Shown: positions 24,104 to 36,508, numbered from the stretch's first letter. The stretch is DNA of 64,000 bases from Octopus sinensis (GCF_006345805.1 NC_043003.1:11222001-11286000); one strand, 5' to 3'. Numbers and translations: made by a program. Notes: a model not told the origin generated them from the sequence alone.

Positions 24104-26160
24104 TTAATCCTTTTGTTACCATATTTCTGTTGAACTAGATTGGTTTTCTTTCAAATAGTTTTGAATCTAATGAAGAATTTTGTGAAATGACACTCTAACC
24201 CTTAACCAGCCATATCCGGCCAAAATATTTAATCTGTTTTATTTTCAAACTGACCAGATCCAGGCCCTCACACCTACCCTACAATGTTATTCTACATTAA
24301 GTAATTACACCATCAAGATCTTGAAGATATGGGATAATGCATGATTAATTCAAATCAATGTGAATCAATAAGCATTATGTTTGATAGAATAATCTGAACA
24401 CTAAAGGGTTAAATATGAAACTAGATTTTAGAACTTAAAATGACATGAAATTCTGATGGTAAGTTTCAATTTAGATCACTTTAACACCCTTGTGGCCATA
24501 TTTTGGTGGAAATACATTGCTTTGTTTCATCTATTTTTGACAATAATGAAGAATGTGGTAAAATAACTTTGTCATTATTAACCCATTAACTGCCAAATCT
24601 TTTTATATTCTTTACCCTTGCCAGGTGTCTTAAGAGTTAAAATAATATATGATATTTAAATATTTTGAAAACTCTCAAATGGGAATTGCTGAAAAAAAAA
24701 AGCATATTTATTCTTTTCTGTTCAATTGCAATAATAAACATTTTAGTTTTTTTGAAACTCTAGTATCAACTGTGAATGTGTATGAAATAGCAATGAATGT
24801 TAGAGATGGAAAATGCAAGAAAATGAAAAAAAAAAAAAACGTTTTCAAAACAGTTAATACTTTTGTAGTTCAAAAATAGTGATTTATGACACAAAATGTT
24901 TTCTGGATTTCACCAGAGCTAATAATGACGAACTTTAACTACTATATATTGTTAAACACAACTACTGCAAATGCAACGTACACAAGCAATTCACTTTAAA
25001 TTCAACAAACAACCAGCAGTGAGATTGTTTTTAGCAGATCCCTAAATGGGGCTCATGGCAGGCAATGGGTTAAGCTGGTTTTTAGAACTTATCATGAAAA
25101 TTTGATGGAAGGTTTTAATTTCAATCACTTTAACCCTTTAGTGTTTGCATTATTCTGCCAAAATTAATGCTTTTTTTACCCACATTGTTTTGAACTAATC
25201 ATGCATTATCTTGTAGCTATGAGATTTTGATGAGGTAGCTGTTAATTTTTAAAATGATATTGTAGGGTTGGTGTGAGAGGCCAGATATGGCCAGTTTGAA
25301 CATAAAACAGGCAGAATACTTTTGGCCGGATCGCCTTACTGGCGCTTGTGCTGGTGGCATGTGAAAAAACATTCGAGCGAGGTCGTTGCCAGTGCCACTG
25401 GACTGCCCCCTGTATGGGTGGCACATAAAAAGCATCATTTGAGCATGACTGTTGCCAGTGCTGCTGGACTGCCTCCTGTACGGGTGGCACATAAAAAGCA
25501 TCATTTGAGCACGACTGTTGCCAGTGCTGCTGGACTGCCTCCTGTACGGGTGGCACATAAAAAGCATCATTTGAGCACGACTGTTGCCAGTGCTGCTGGA
25601 CTGCCTCCTGTACGGGTGGCACATAAAAAGCATCATTTGAGCACGACTGTTGCCAGTGCTGCTTGACTGCCTCCTGTACGGGTGGCACATAAAAAGCATC
25701 ATTTGAGCATGACTGTTGCCAGTACTGCTTGACTGGCGCTCTTGCCGGTGGCACATAATAGGCACCCATACACTTTCGGAGTGGTTGGCATTAGGAAGGG
25801 CATCCAGCTGTAGAAACTTTGCCAGATCAGATTCGAATCTGGTGCAGCCATCTGGTTTGCCAGTCCTCAGTCAAATCGTCCAACCCATGCTAGCATAGAA
25901 AGCAGATGTTAAACGATGATGATGATGGCCAGTTTAAATGCTAAAGAGTTAAGTCTTTTGTTACCATATTTCTGTTTGAATACACTGTTTTGGTTTCAAT
26001 AAATTTTTAAAATAATGAAGAATTTAGTCAGTTAACTTTTGTCATTATTAAGCTGGTTTCTAGGACTCAATTTTACATGAATTTTGATGTAAAGTTTTAA
26101 TTATTCCCACTTTAAAACAAGGAATTTGTATCATAGAACTATGAGGTTGGTACCAAAATC
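24104..26160. mobile_element. Nested cluster of TTAA-flanked piggyBac-like MITEs (at least 3 families)
   Basis: TTAACCC.../...GGGTTAA ends at about 24196-24412, 24578-25073 and 25130-25952 (right end AGAGTTAA); the host MITE sequence resumes after each TTAA. Confidence 0.75.
25333..25927 (+). mobile_element. RTE 3' tail with a 60-bp tandem expansion (about 5-6 copies), inserted into a TTAA MITE
   Basis: Unit ...gggtggcacataaaaagcatcatttgagcacgactgttgccagtgctgctggactgcctcctgtac...; MITE ...ggccggat|atggccagtttaaatg is split (compare 53255-53288). Confidence 0.85.
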
Positions 26161-26959
26161 GGTAAAGATCATACTACTGGTATAGAACTGTCCCAATTTT
26201 CTGCATATTTGTTTTACTTCAGATGCTGATGTGATGCAACTGGTTCCCATGCCTGTGGCATGTAAAAGCATCCACTACATTCTCGGAGTGGTTGGTGTTA
26301 GGAAGGGCATCCAACTGTAGAAATCATGCCAAATCAGACTGGAGTCTGGTGCAGTCCCTCAGCTTACCAGCCCTGGTCAAGCCATCCAACCCATACCAAC
26401 ATGGACAATGGATCTTAAATGATGATGATGATGATGATGATGGTGATGATGATGTATTATTTGATGTTCTACTTTAATGCTTGGATCAGCTGAGACAATA
26501 ACATTTGCTTAGATCACTTATGTTTTAAGTAAGAACCAACTGCAATGGTATGTAGGCACCATGAAGATGGTTACAAAGAATTCTGCAGGAAAACGATTGT
26601 ATTTTCTTATTTTAAAAGGGGCAAAAAAGAACATCATCTGAAATGAGAATGAACAAAAGTGAAATTTTTTAAAGTCGCAACCATAATAGATGTAACAACA
26701 CAGAAAGGAACAGAGAGAGAGGCACGACAAATGGTACGAGGGGAGATTGAACCAATTTAGGCCTGTGAGTATAAATACATACGTGTGTGTGTGTGTGTAT
26801 AAACACATATACACATACATATATATGTGTGTGTATGTATACATGTATATGATGTGTATATATATATGATATATAAATATATACACACATGTATACATGT
26901 GTATGTATGTGTATGTTTAAATATATATATATATATATACACACACACAAACACATGCA

Positions 26960-27195
26960 AGCATCATCATCATCATCATCATCATCATTTAACGTCCGCT
27001 TTCCATGCTAGCATGGGTTGGACGGTTCAACTGGGGTCTGGGGAGCCCGAAAGCTGCACCAGTCCAGTCAGATCTGGCAGTGTTTCTACAGCTGGATGCC
27101 CTTCCTAACGCCAACCACTCCGAGAGTGTAGTGGGTGATTTTATGTGCCACCGACACAGGTGCCAGACGAGGCTGACAAACGGCCATGCTCGGTA
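26960..27195 (-). mobile_element. RTE 3' tail copy (young subfamily, nearly identical to 35996-36200)
   Basis: tttaacgtccgctttccatgctagcatgggttggacggttcaactggggtctgggg shared. Confidence 0.85.
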
Positions 27196-27511
27196 TGCAT
27201 ATATATATAGATGCAAACATATACATACGTGTATGTGCATGTACGAATATGTGTGTGTGTTTGCATGAATATATATATATATATATATATATTATATACT
27301 TATAAATATGTATATGCATGTGTATATTCATATAGACACATGCACATGTGTGTGTAATTTTATATATATATATAAATAAATATGTATGTATAAATATGTA
27401 TGTTTATATATATGTGTGTATATGATGATGATGATGATGATATACATACATATATATATATATAAATATATGCATAAATATATACATATATATAAATATA
27501 TACATTTATAT

Positions 27512-27563
<52 letters not shown>

Positions 27564-27570
27564 TACGTAA

Positions 27571-27615
<45 letters not shown>

Positions 27616-27882
27616 TACAGCACACATGTGTGCATACCGTTATTGAGATGTGTGACTGCATGTGAACATCAGAGGAATTTGTAGACAGAGGAAGAGAAGA
27701 AGAGAACAACTGCTGCCACCGCCGCTGCCGCTACTGCTTCTGTAATTGGTAACTGGCATAAATTCCTTGTAAGCAAACCATTATTTCATTGAATGTGACA
27801 TCATGTTCAGGTTCATATGACTCAAATTGCACCATATGCTAAGATGCATCTGGCAAAAGCATTCTCCCGTTTGTTGTTGCTT

Positions 27883-27946
<64 letters not shown>

Positions 27947-27948
27947 CA

Positions 27949-27979
<31 letters not shown>

Positions 27980-28707
27980 AATTGTTGTGGTTGTTGTTGT
28001 ACAGAAATGTACTGAAATGAATCTGATTCGTTATTGTGAATAGAAAATTAATAAACTTTCCATTCATTTTGTTTGTCCAGCTGCTTTTATCAGCTTTTTT
28101 CGTACACAGCGCTGTCACAATTAGGCTAAAATTCTACAAGTGGCAGACCGTATGTATGGTTTTTTTTCCCCTGATGTCAAGCCATTCAATGCAGCCTGCA
28201 TTTTGCTTTTCTCCCCGTGCCTCACAAGGCCCGGCTGCATGGCAAGTATAGGCACAGGCGTGGTCATGTAGTAAGAAGCTTCCTTGGAACTATGTATGAG
28301 GTTTATCGCCCCATTGTGATTTTAAAAAAAAGAAAAAAAGAACAATGTTTTAGAGAAGCGAAAGTCGGCGGGCGCTTTTCGTCTTCTCCCATCCTTATCA
28401 TCCTTGCATCATTATCATTCATCTCATTAATGTCTGTGTCCAGCCCGCAAGCTTCTCTCTGTGTGCTGCCCTTGTGGCAAATTTAATGAAATAAAGAAGC
28501 TTCCTTCCCGACCACATGTTTTCAGGTTCAGTCCCACTGCATGGCACCTTGAGCAAGTGTCTTTTTCTATAACCTCAGGTCAACAAAAGCCCTGTGAGCG
28601 GATTTGGTAGATGGAAACTGAAAGAAGCCCATTGTATGTATATGTGTGTGCGTGTGTATAGAGCATGTGTACATAAACAGCACCGTTCAAGCACTGGGCC
28701 TCAGAGA

Positions 28708-28830
28708 GGCAAAGTTGCTGAGTTCCTTTTGAGTGTTGGACCTCATGGAGGCAAAGTTGCTGAGTTCCTTTTGAGTGTTGGACCTCATGGAGGCAAAGTT
28801 GCTGAGTTCCTTTTGAGTGTTGGGCCTCGG
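28708..28830. repeat. 42-bp tandem repeat x3
   Basis: ggcaaagttgctgagttccttttgagtgttggacctcatgga at 28708, 28750 and 28792. Confidence 0.9.
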
Positions 28831-28992
28831 AAACTGGACATTGTTGTGATGAATAAAAAAGAATGTGCATGGTAATCGACTTAGTATTCCCCAGTGACAA
28901 CAGGATCAATGAGAAAAAACAAAAAATAAACAACTACGACGATTTAAAGTGGGAAATACGAAGGTTGTGGTCAATGAGGAGAGTAGAGGAGA

Positions 28993-31900
28993 TCATCATC
29001 ATCATCATCGTCGTTTAACGTCCGTTCTCCATGCTAGCATGGGTTGGACGGTTCGACCGGGGTTCTGGGAAGCCAGAAGGCTGCACCAGGCTCCAGTCTA
29101 ATCTGGCAATGTTTCTACAGCTGGATGTCCTTTCTAACGCCAACCACTCCGTGAGTGTAGTGGGTGCTTTTTACGTGCCACCTGCACAGGTGCCAGGCGG
29201 GGCTGGCAACGGCCACGGTCAGATTGGTGTATTTTATGTGCCACCGGCACGGAAGCCAGTCGAGGCGGTGCTGGCATCGGCCACGAGTCGGATAGTGCTT
29301 TTTACATACCACCAGACCAGGGATCCTGGCTGGTTCAATTCGATTTCGATTTCGCTTGCCCCAACATGTCCTCACAAGCAAAGGGGGTTGGCATGGGTGC
29401 CTGTCGTACGGTCGCATTGGAGTATTTTATGTGCCACGGCCACGAGTCGGATAGTGCTTTTTACGTACCACCAGACCAGGGATCCTGGCTGGTTCAATTC
29501 GATTTCGATTTCGCTTGCCCCAACATGTCTTCACAAGCATGGGGGGTTGGCATGGGTGTCTGTCATCGGATGAGGTTCTATATCGACTTCGCTTGCCTCA
29601 ACCGGTCTTTGTGTCCAAGGGAGGAAAGGCATTCATAAGTGGGCTGGGCTCACTTGTCCTGCCTGGTCTTCTCACGTACAGAATATTTCCAAAGGTCTCG
29701 GTCTCTGGTCATTTCCTCAGTGAGGCCTAAAGTTCGAAGGTCGTGCTTCACCACCTCGTCCCAGGTTTTCCTGGGTCTACCTCTTCCACGGGTTTCCTCA
29801 ACTGCCAGGGATTGGCACTTTCTCACACACCTATCTTCATCCATCTCGCCACATGACCATACCAGCGCAATCGTCTCTCTTGCACACCAAAACTGATGCT
29901 TTTAGGTACAACATTTCTCTCAAGGTGCTAACGCTCTGTCGAGTATGTACACTGACATTACACATCCATCGGAGCATACTGGCTTCATTCCTCACGAGCT
30001 TACGCATGTCCTCAGCAGTCACGGCCCATGTTTCGCTGCCATGTAGCATGGCTGTTCGTACACACGCATCATACAGTCTGCCTTTTACTCTGAGCGAGAG
30101 GCCTTTAGTCACCAGCAGAGGTAAGAGCTCCCTAAACTTTGCCCAGGCTATTCTTATTCTAGCAGTTACACTTTCAGCGACCCACCCCCACTACTGATTG
30201 GTCACCTAGATAACGGAAGCTATCAACTACTTCTAGTTTTTCCCCCCTGGAAAGTGACGGAAGTTGTTTTCTGCAGATTTTCGGAGGTTAATGCTCCCGA
30301 GCATCTGCCACATACAAAACTATCTTCCCAGTTAGCCTACCTTTGACATTGCTGCACCTCTTATGTGTCCATAGCTTACACTGGGTACATCTTATAGAGT
30401 TTCTACCTACACCTTTTCTACAGATCGAGCAGGGCCATCTTCCTGAAGATATTTGTGGATTGTCTACCTTTCTACTTATTAGTACTTTGGTTTTAGCTAG
30501 GTTGACTCTAAGGCCCCTTGATTCTAAACCCTCCTTCCACACCTGGAACTTCTCCTCCAGTTCTGATAGTGACTCAGCAATAAGAGCAAGGTCGTCAGCG
30601 TAGAGGAGCTTACAGGGACAGCCTGTCTTGAATACTTCCGTAATTGCCTGGAGTACTATGATAAATAGGAGGGGGCTGAGTACTGAACCCTGGTGGACCC
30701 CAACCTCTACTTTGAATTCTTCTGTGTACATGTTGCCAACCCTAACCTTACTTACGGCATCTCTGTACATGGCTTGCACAGTCCTCACCAGCCATTCATC
30801 TATCCCTAGTTTCCTCATTGACCACCAGATAAGGATCGGGGGACCTATCAAAAGCTTTCTCCATGTCAACGAAAGCCAGGTACAGGGGCTTATCTTTGGC
30901 TAGGTATTTCTCCTGCAGCTGCCTTACCAGGAATATAGCATCAGTGGTACTTTTCCCTGGCACGAACCCAAACTGCATCTCATCTAAACTAACTCTCTCT
31001 CTAATTAGTTGGGCTAGACCTCTCCGTAACCTTCATTACTTGATCAACAGCTTGATACCTCTGTAATTATTTGTATCTAGGGCGTCACCTTTACCTTTGT
31101 AGCAATTGACTAGTATGCTGCTGCACCAGTCATTGGGTATGACTCCTTCGTGTATCACCTGGTTGACTATACGGGTGACTAGGTTATAGCCAACACTGCC
31201 AGATATTTGAGCATCTCTGCAGTAATTCCTGATGGGCCTGGGGCTTCCCTGTCTTCATGCTTCTAATTGCCTTAGCTACCACGGAACTATCAACTCGGAT
31301 AGCTGGTCCCTCTGTAGGGTCAACATTCGGCAGACTCTCTTTATCCCATTCATTTTCCTCATCAGTACTTTTCATAGCTTCTCTCTTTGCATCCTCATTT
31401 AGCGCAAGTGAACCATCCTCCATGCGAACACATTTCTCTCCTACCACATCACGATTCTCTCTCACACACTGTCTTGCAACACGAAATACCTCAAGTCTTT
31501 CATTCTCACGGCGCAGGACATTGGCAAATTTTCTCTTATCTGCTTCCCCTCTGGCTAGATAGACCTGTCTCCTAGCTTCCCTTCTGGCAGTCTGATACCC
31601 TTCCCTGCTACCACCGTTCTTCCAGGCTTCCAAGCCTGTTTCTTTGTCTAATAGCCCTGTCAACAATATTGTTCCACCACCATGTTATTTTGGGTCTTAA
31701 GGGGACTTTGCACCAGCCACAGATCTGGTCAGCGGCTTTCAGCAGTTGTCCCTCAGAAACGTCCAGTTGTCTTCTACCCATGTGTAGCTATACCCCCTTC
31801 CACTTCGTCAAAGGCTTCAAGTAACATATCTCTAAATCTCTGTCCATTCGCAGGGGCTTTAAGCTTCAGACCCTTCTTCTCCATGTTGGTCGTCTTCTAG

Positions 31901-32720
31901 TCGCCCTCTTAGTCCTGATCCTAAAGTCACTAACTACCAGTCTATGTTGTGGGGTGCATTCTTCGCCTGGGAAGGTTTTGGCATTTATAAGCAGCCATCT
32001 TTCCCTTTTTCTGGCAAGGATGTAGTCGATTTGGCTAGTATGCCGGCCCGATCGGTAGGTGACCAGGTGGCTTGTTGTTTCCTGAAGTTAGTGTTGCAGA
32101 CCATAAGACTATTCGCATCGCAGAACTCCAGCAGCCTGGTTCCCTCCTTGTTGCGGGAACCATAACCGTAGCCTCCATGTACGCCATGGAAGCCCCCAGC
32201 ATGTCGTCCACATGCCCATTGAAATCACCAGCCACAAAGAGAAGGTCCCTGTCGTTCGTCGATGAGGTGGTCTGCAGTAGGGTGTCATAGAAACTGTCTT
32301 TCTGTCCATCAGGTAGCCCTGGCTGAGGGGCATAGGCCGATATAATGGTTGCTAATCTATTATGAAGCACTATTCTAATCTTAAGTATCTGTCACTTACT
32401 CTGATTACCTCAATTACTCTATCTATCCATTTCTCAGCGAAAGTATACCCACGCCACCGAACCCGTCAGTGTTCCCTGCCCAGAAAATCTTGTACCTGTG
32501 TTCCTTGCCTGTGAGGACCCTAGCAGATCCTCCTCTCCACCTTATTTCTTGCATACAACATACATCAACACGTCTCCGTTCAAGCATCTCGACTATCTCG
32601 CCAGACCTACCTTTCAATGTGCCAACGTTGAGGGTGCCCACCCTGAGGGTGTGGGAGGTGTGGGCCTCTGAGACCCTGGGATGAGGGACAGCAGTGTTTG
32701 TACCTGAAAAGAAAGCTTGC
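28993..32720 (-). pseudogene. Near full-length RTE-clade LINE: APE endonuclease plus reverse transcriptase with a Cys/His insert, and a 3' UTR ending in (GAT)n; several frameshifts
   Basis: LRVGTLNVGTL, CMQEIRW, IISAYAPQ, VAGDFNGHV (APE); QFGFVPGKSTTDAI, AFVDMEKAFD, GVHQGSVLSPLLF, LLYADDL (RT); GRGRPRKTWDEVV C-terminus. Confidence 0.95.
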
Positions 32721-32845
32721 ATTTGCCAGATATCATACTGAGACTCTAGACTACACCTGCATAAATTTCACAGTTTTTGCGCTATATGATCACAATAACC
32801 CTACATAGGGGTGCGGGGGGGGGTCAAGAAAGATAGAAAACAGAA

Positions 32846-32905
32846 ACTTCCGGTTCTGGTGATGGGTGGGAGGGTGGGAGGGAGGGAGGGAGGGAGGGCG
32901 GGCGG
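32846..32905. promoter_or_regulatory. Candidate RTE internal promoter: ETS-type ACTTCCGG, (GGGA)n G-quadruplex-competent tract and GC box
   Basis: Motifs read directly, 130-190 bp upstream of the RTE ORF; function inferred. Confidence 0.4.
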
Positions 32906-32914
32906 TGTCACCTC

Positions 32915-33545
32915 GAAGGAACAACAGGTTTTAAGTTAATACGTAGGGAATTTTCTGCAACAGAAATTACTGAACATCTAGGAACTTCGGGGTTCGAGAG
33001 AACGTAATATAAATAAGAGAGAGAGAAAAAATTTCGTAGGAATTTAGGGTATCTTTGGGGAAAGGAATAATGACGAAGGAACAACAGGTTTTAAGTTAAT
33101 ACGTAGGGAATTTTCTGCAACAGAAATTACTGAACATCTAGGAACTTCGGGGTTCGAGAAGAACGTAATATAAATAAGAGAGAGAGAAAAAATTTCGTAG
33201 GGAATTTAGGGTATCTTTGGGGAAAGGATAACGACGAAGGAACAACAGGTTTTAAGTTAATACGTAGGGAATTTCTGCACAGAAATTACTGAACATCTAG
33301 GAACTTCGGGGTTCGAGAGAAGAACGTAATATAAATAAGAGAGAGAGAAAAAATTTCGTAGGGAATTTAGGGTATCTTTGGGGAAAGGAATAACGACGAA
33401 GGAACAACAGGTTTTAAGTTAATACGTAGGGAATTTTCTGCGACAGAAATTACTGAACATCTAGAAACTTCGGGGTTCGAGTAAAAACATAATATAAATA
33501 GGAGAGAGAGAGAATATTGTAGTGAATTCGGGGATGGAATAATAA
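32915..33545. repeat. About 161-bp tandem repeat x4 upstream of the RTE ORF
   Basis: gaaggaacaacaggttttaagttaatacgtaggg at 32915, 33075, 33236 and 33398. Confidence 0.95.
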
Positions 33546-33759
33546 CAGGATGACACTGAAATAAAGGAGGAATTTAAAATGCATGACAGACAGGAAGCCA
33601 TGCATACAAGATGGCGAAATAAATAATAGAGAAACAGGATTTAGAGTTACGAATCAACGCTTAAAAAAAATGAATATGAATGACAGGTTGTAAGTTAAAT
33701 TCGCTTAGCTGGTCATTTTTCGAGTCAGTGTTTTGTCAGCAAGATGTAGAATCGAGAAG

Positions 33760-34030
33760 AGGGATACCAATAGTAATTGGTGCACTTGGAAGTATCAACA
33801 CTCAACTACCAACATGGGTGGAAAAGATTGGTGGAAGTGTGAAGTTAGAACAACTACAAAGATCAGCATTGCTTGGAACTGCAAGAATCCTTCACAGGGT
33901 TTATGAAGCATGACCAATTAAACAAATGTCATCCTAGTCTGTTGGCTGTGGAAAGCTGATACTTTCCATCATACCTGGCAAAGTAAGTTGTGAGTTTTCA
34001 TCACATAATAATAATAATAATAATAATAAT
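33760..34030 (+). pseudogene. 3' end of an R4/Dong-like LINE with a (TAA)n tail
   Basis: IPIVIGALGS...LQRSALLGTARILHRVYEA* then UTR and taataataa. Confidence 0.85.
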
Positions 34031-34059
34031 AATCTTTTCTGCTGTAGGCAGAAGGCTTG

Positions 34060-34470
34060 GAGTTTTGGGGGAGAGAGCTAGTTGATTACACTGACCCCAG
34101 TGTTTCACTGGTACTTAATTTACTGACCCCTAAAAGATGACAGGCAAAGTTGACCTCAGTGGAATTTGAACTCAGAAGGTAAAGATGGGTGAAATGACAC
34201 TAACCATTTCATCCAGTGTGCTAACGATTCTGCCAGCTTGCCATCTTAATAATAATAATTATTATTATTTCAAATTTTTGCCACAAGGGCAGCTTGGAGG
34301 AAGTGGAGATGAGTCGATTACATCGACCCCAGTGTTCAACTGGTTTTTATTTTTATTGATCCCGTAAGGATGAAAGGCAAAGTTGATCTTGGTAGAACTT
34401 AGAATGTAGCAATGGACAAAATGCTGCTAAGTATTTCATCCAGAGTGCTAACAATTTTGCCAGCTACAAA
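34060..34470 (-). mobile_element. Two SINE family B copies
   Basis: gaccccagtg...ctggtacttaattt...aaagttgacctc...gaatttgaactcag twice. Confidence 0.75.
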
Positions 34471-34890
34471 TGTCTTGTTTCCATAAGTTCTGAATTAAAA
34501 TCTTCCACCAAATCTTAGTCACAATTTATGTTCCGAACACTTGCTTAATGATAACTAAGTTATTTTACTAAATTCTTTGTTATATTTAAAGTAATTGAAA
34601 GAAACACACAGCATCTCAACAGAAATATGGTAACAAAAGGGTTAAAATATATAATAGAGAAACATTTCTTAACCCTTTAGATACCAACCTGGCTGAAATC
34701 GCCTCTGGCTCTGTAGTACAAATGTCTTGTTTTCATAAGTTTTCAATTAAAATCTTTCACCAAACCTTAGTCACAATTTAATGTTCCTAACACAAGCTTA
34801 ATGATAACTAAGTCATTTTACTAAATTCTTTGTTATATTTAAAATTAATTGAAAGAAACACAAAGCATCTTAAAATAAATACTGTAATGA
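34470..34890. mobile_element. Two copies of a TTAA-flanked piggyBac-like MITE
   Basis: ttaaccctttagataccaacc...acagggttaa (34669-34889); partial copy ending aaaagggttaa at about 34645. Confidence 0.7.
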
Positions 34891-34919
34891 CAGGGTTAAT
34901 AACAATAATAATAATAGTG

Positions 34920-34965
<46 letters not shown>

Positions 34966-35449
34966 TAAAAATAATGATGATGATGATTATGATAAATAAA
35001 TACATCATTTGACTAAATCCTTCAAGACAGTACTCCAGCATGGCCACAATACAATGACTGAAACAAGTAAAAGATAGAAGATATATATACATTCCTAAGT
35101 TGAGATTTAAGCCAAGATCTTAATTTCCAAGACAGGAGACCAAGACTCTGCTCACAATCCAAATATCGCAGTCCCTTCATGCTTTAATTTTTTTCTTTGT
35201 ATTATTTGTATTTTTATTCTTTCATTCATTTACTTGTTTCAGTCATTAGACTATGGCCATGCTGGGGCATCGTCTTGAAGAGTTTTAGTCAAATTAATTC
35301 AGCCCGGTACTTACTTTTTAAGCTTGGTACTTATTTTATCGGTCTCTTTTGCAGAACTACTAAGTTACAGGTATATAACCACTCCAACACTGGTTGTTAA
35401 GTGGTGGTGGTGATAAACATATATATATATATATATATATATAAATAAT

Positions 35450-36507
35450 GAGGGAGATAAATTAATATTAATTTTAATATCAATTTAAAACCAGTAGTCC
35501 AGCATACAAAAAATCTGAGAAGTCAGAGAAAATTCTAATATATGTGTATATTGGCAGGGCCAGACTGCTAGGTAGTCGGCCAAATGCTAGAAATAGATCA
35601 TCAACGATCAAACTACAAAGGGAATTCTCTAGAGGAAAAATTCAGCGAACACCAGAACCAAATTTGGCAGGCAGGACAGATGAAAAATTTATATAAAAAA
35701 CAGAATTAAATGCATACCTCGGTTTCGGCCTTTAACAAAAGAATTACTTACATAATTCAAATGTCCGTGGCTTCATCAGTGCATTCGTTCAGCGTAAATG
35801 CAGTCTGAAAAACTAACCCCAGCTTTCTGTGCTAAGACAGACACGTGCTTAGTTTTACTGATTACATTAGGGATAAAATTTCAAATGTCTTGGTTCCGGT
35901 GCGCTAAGAAATTCCTGAAGCGAAGGGCTGCAGTAAATAATTCACTGCAGTTAGTGCTTGCTACTAGAGAACGTATTTATTTCAATATTTAAATAATCAT
36001 CATCATCATCATTTAACGTCCGCTTTCCATGCTAGCATGGGTTGGACGGTTCAACTGGGGTCTGGGGAGCCCGAAGGCTGCACCAGGCCAGTCAGATCTG
36101 GCAGTGTTTCTACAGATGGATGCCCTTCCTAACGCCAACCACTCCGAGAGTGTAGTGGGTGATTTTATGTGCCACCGACACAGGTACCAGACGAGGCTGG
36201 CGAACGGCCACGCTCGGATGGTGTTTTTTATGTGCCACCGACACAGGTGCCAGACGAGGCTGGCAGACGGCCATGCTCGGATGGTGTTTTTATGTGCCAC
36301 TGACACAGGTGCCAGATGAGGCTGGCGAACGGCCACGATCAGATGGTGTTTGTTACGTGCCCACAGCACGGAGGCCAGTCGATGTGGTACTGGCTACGGC
36401 CACGTTCGGATAGTTTTCTTGTGTGCTACCGAAAACCATTCGAACGAGGGAGATAAATTAATATTAATTTTAATATCAATTTAAAACCAGTAGTCCAGCA
36501 TACAAAA

Positions 36508-36508
<1 letters not shown>
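35450..36508 (-). mobile_element. Hammerhead-bearing non-coding element with 63-bp terminal direct repeats (about 560-nt monomer, interrupted by an RTE tail at about 35996-36430), flanked by (TA)n
   Basis: gagggagataaattaatattaattttaatatcaatttaaaaccagtagtccagcatacaaaaa at 35450 and 36446. Confidence 0.75.
35709..35785 (-). ncRNA. Type I hammerhead ribozyme motif
   Basis: Minus strand: AATGCA-CTGATGA-AGCC..GGCC-GAAAC-CGAG-GTA-TGCATT; 6-bp stem I, intact core, GUA cleavage triplet, one A.C mismatch at the stem II closing pair. Confidence 0.8.

Noticed and set aside
28708-28830. CRISPR-like regular repeats (also 25400-25740 and 32915-33545)
   Set aside because: The units are contiguous with no unique spacers, the context is eukaryotic and there are no cas genes.
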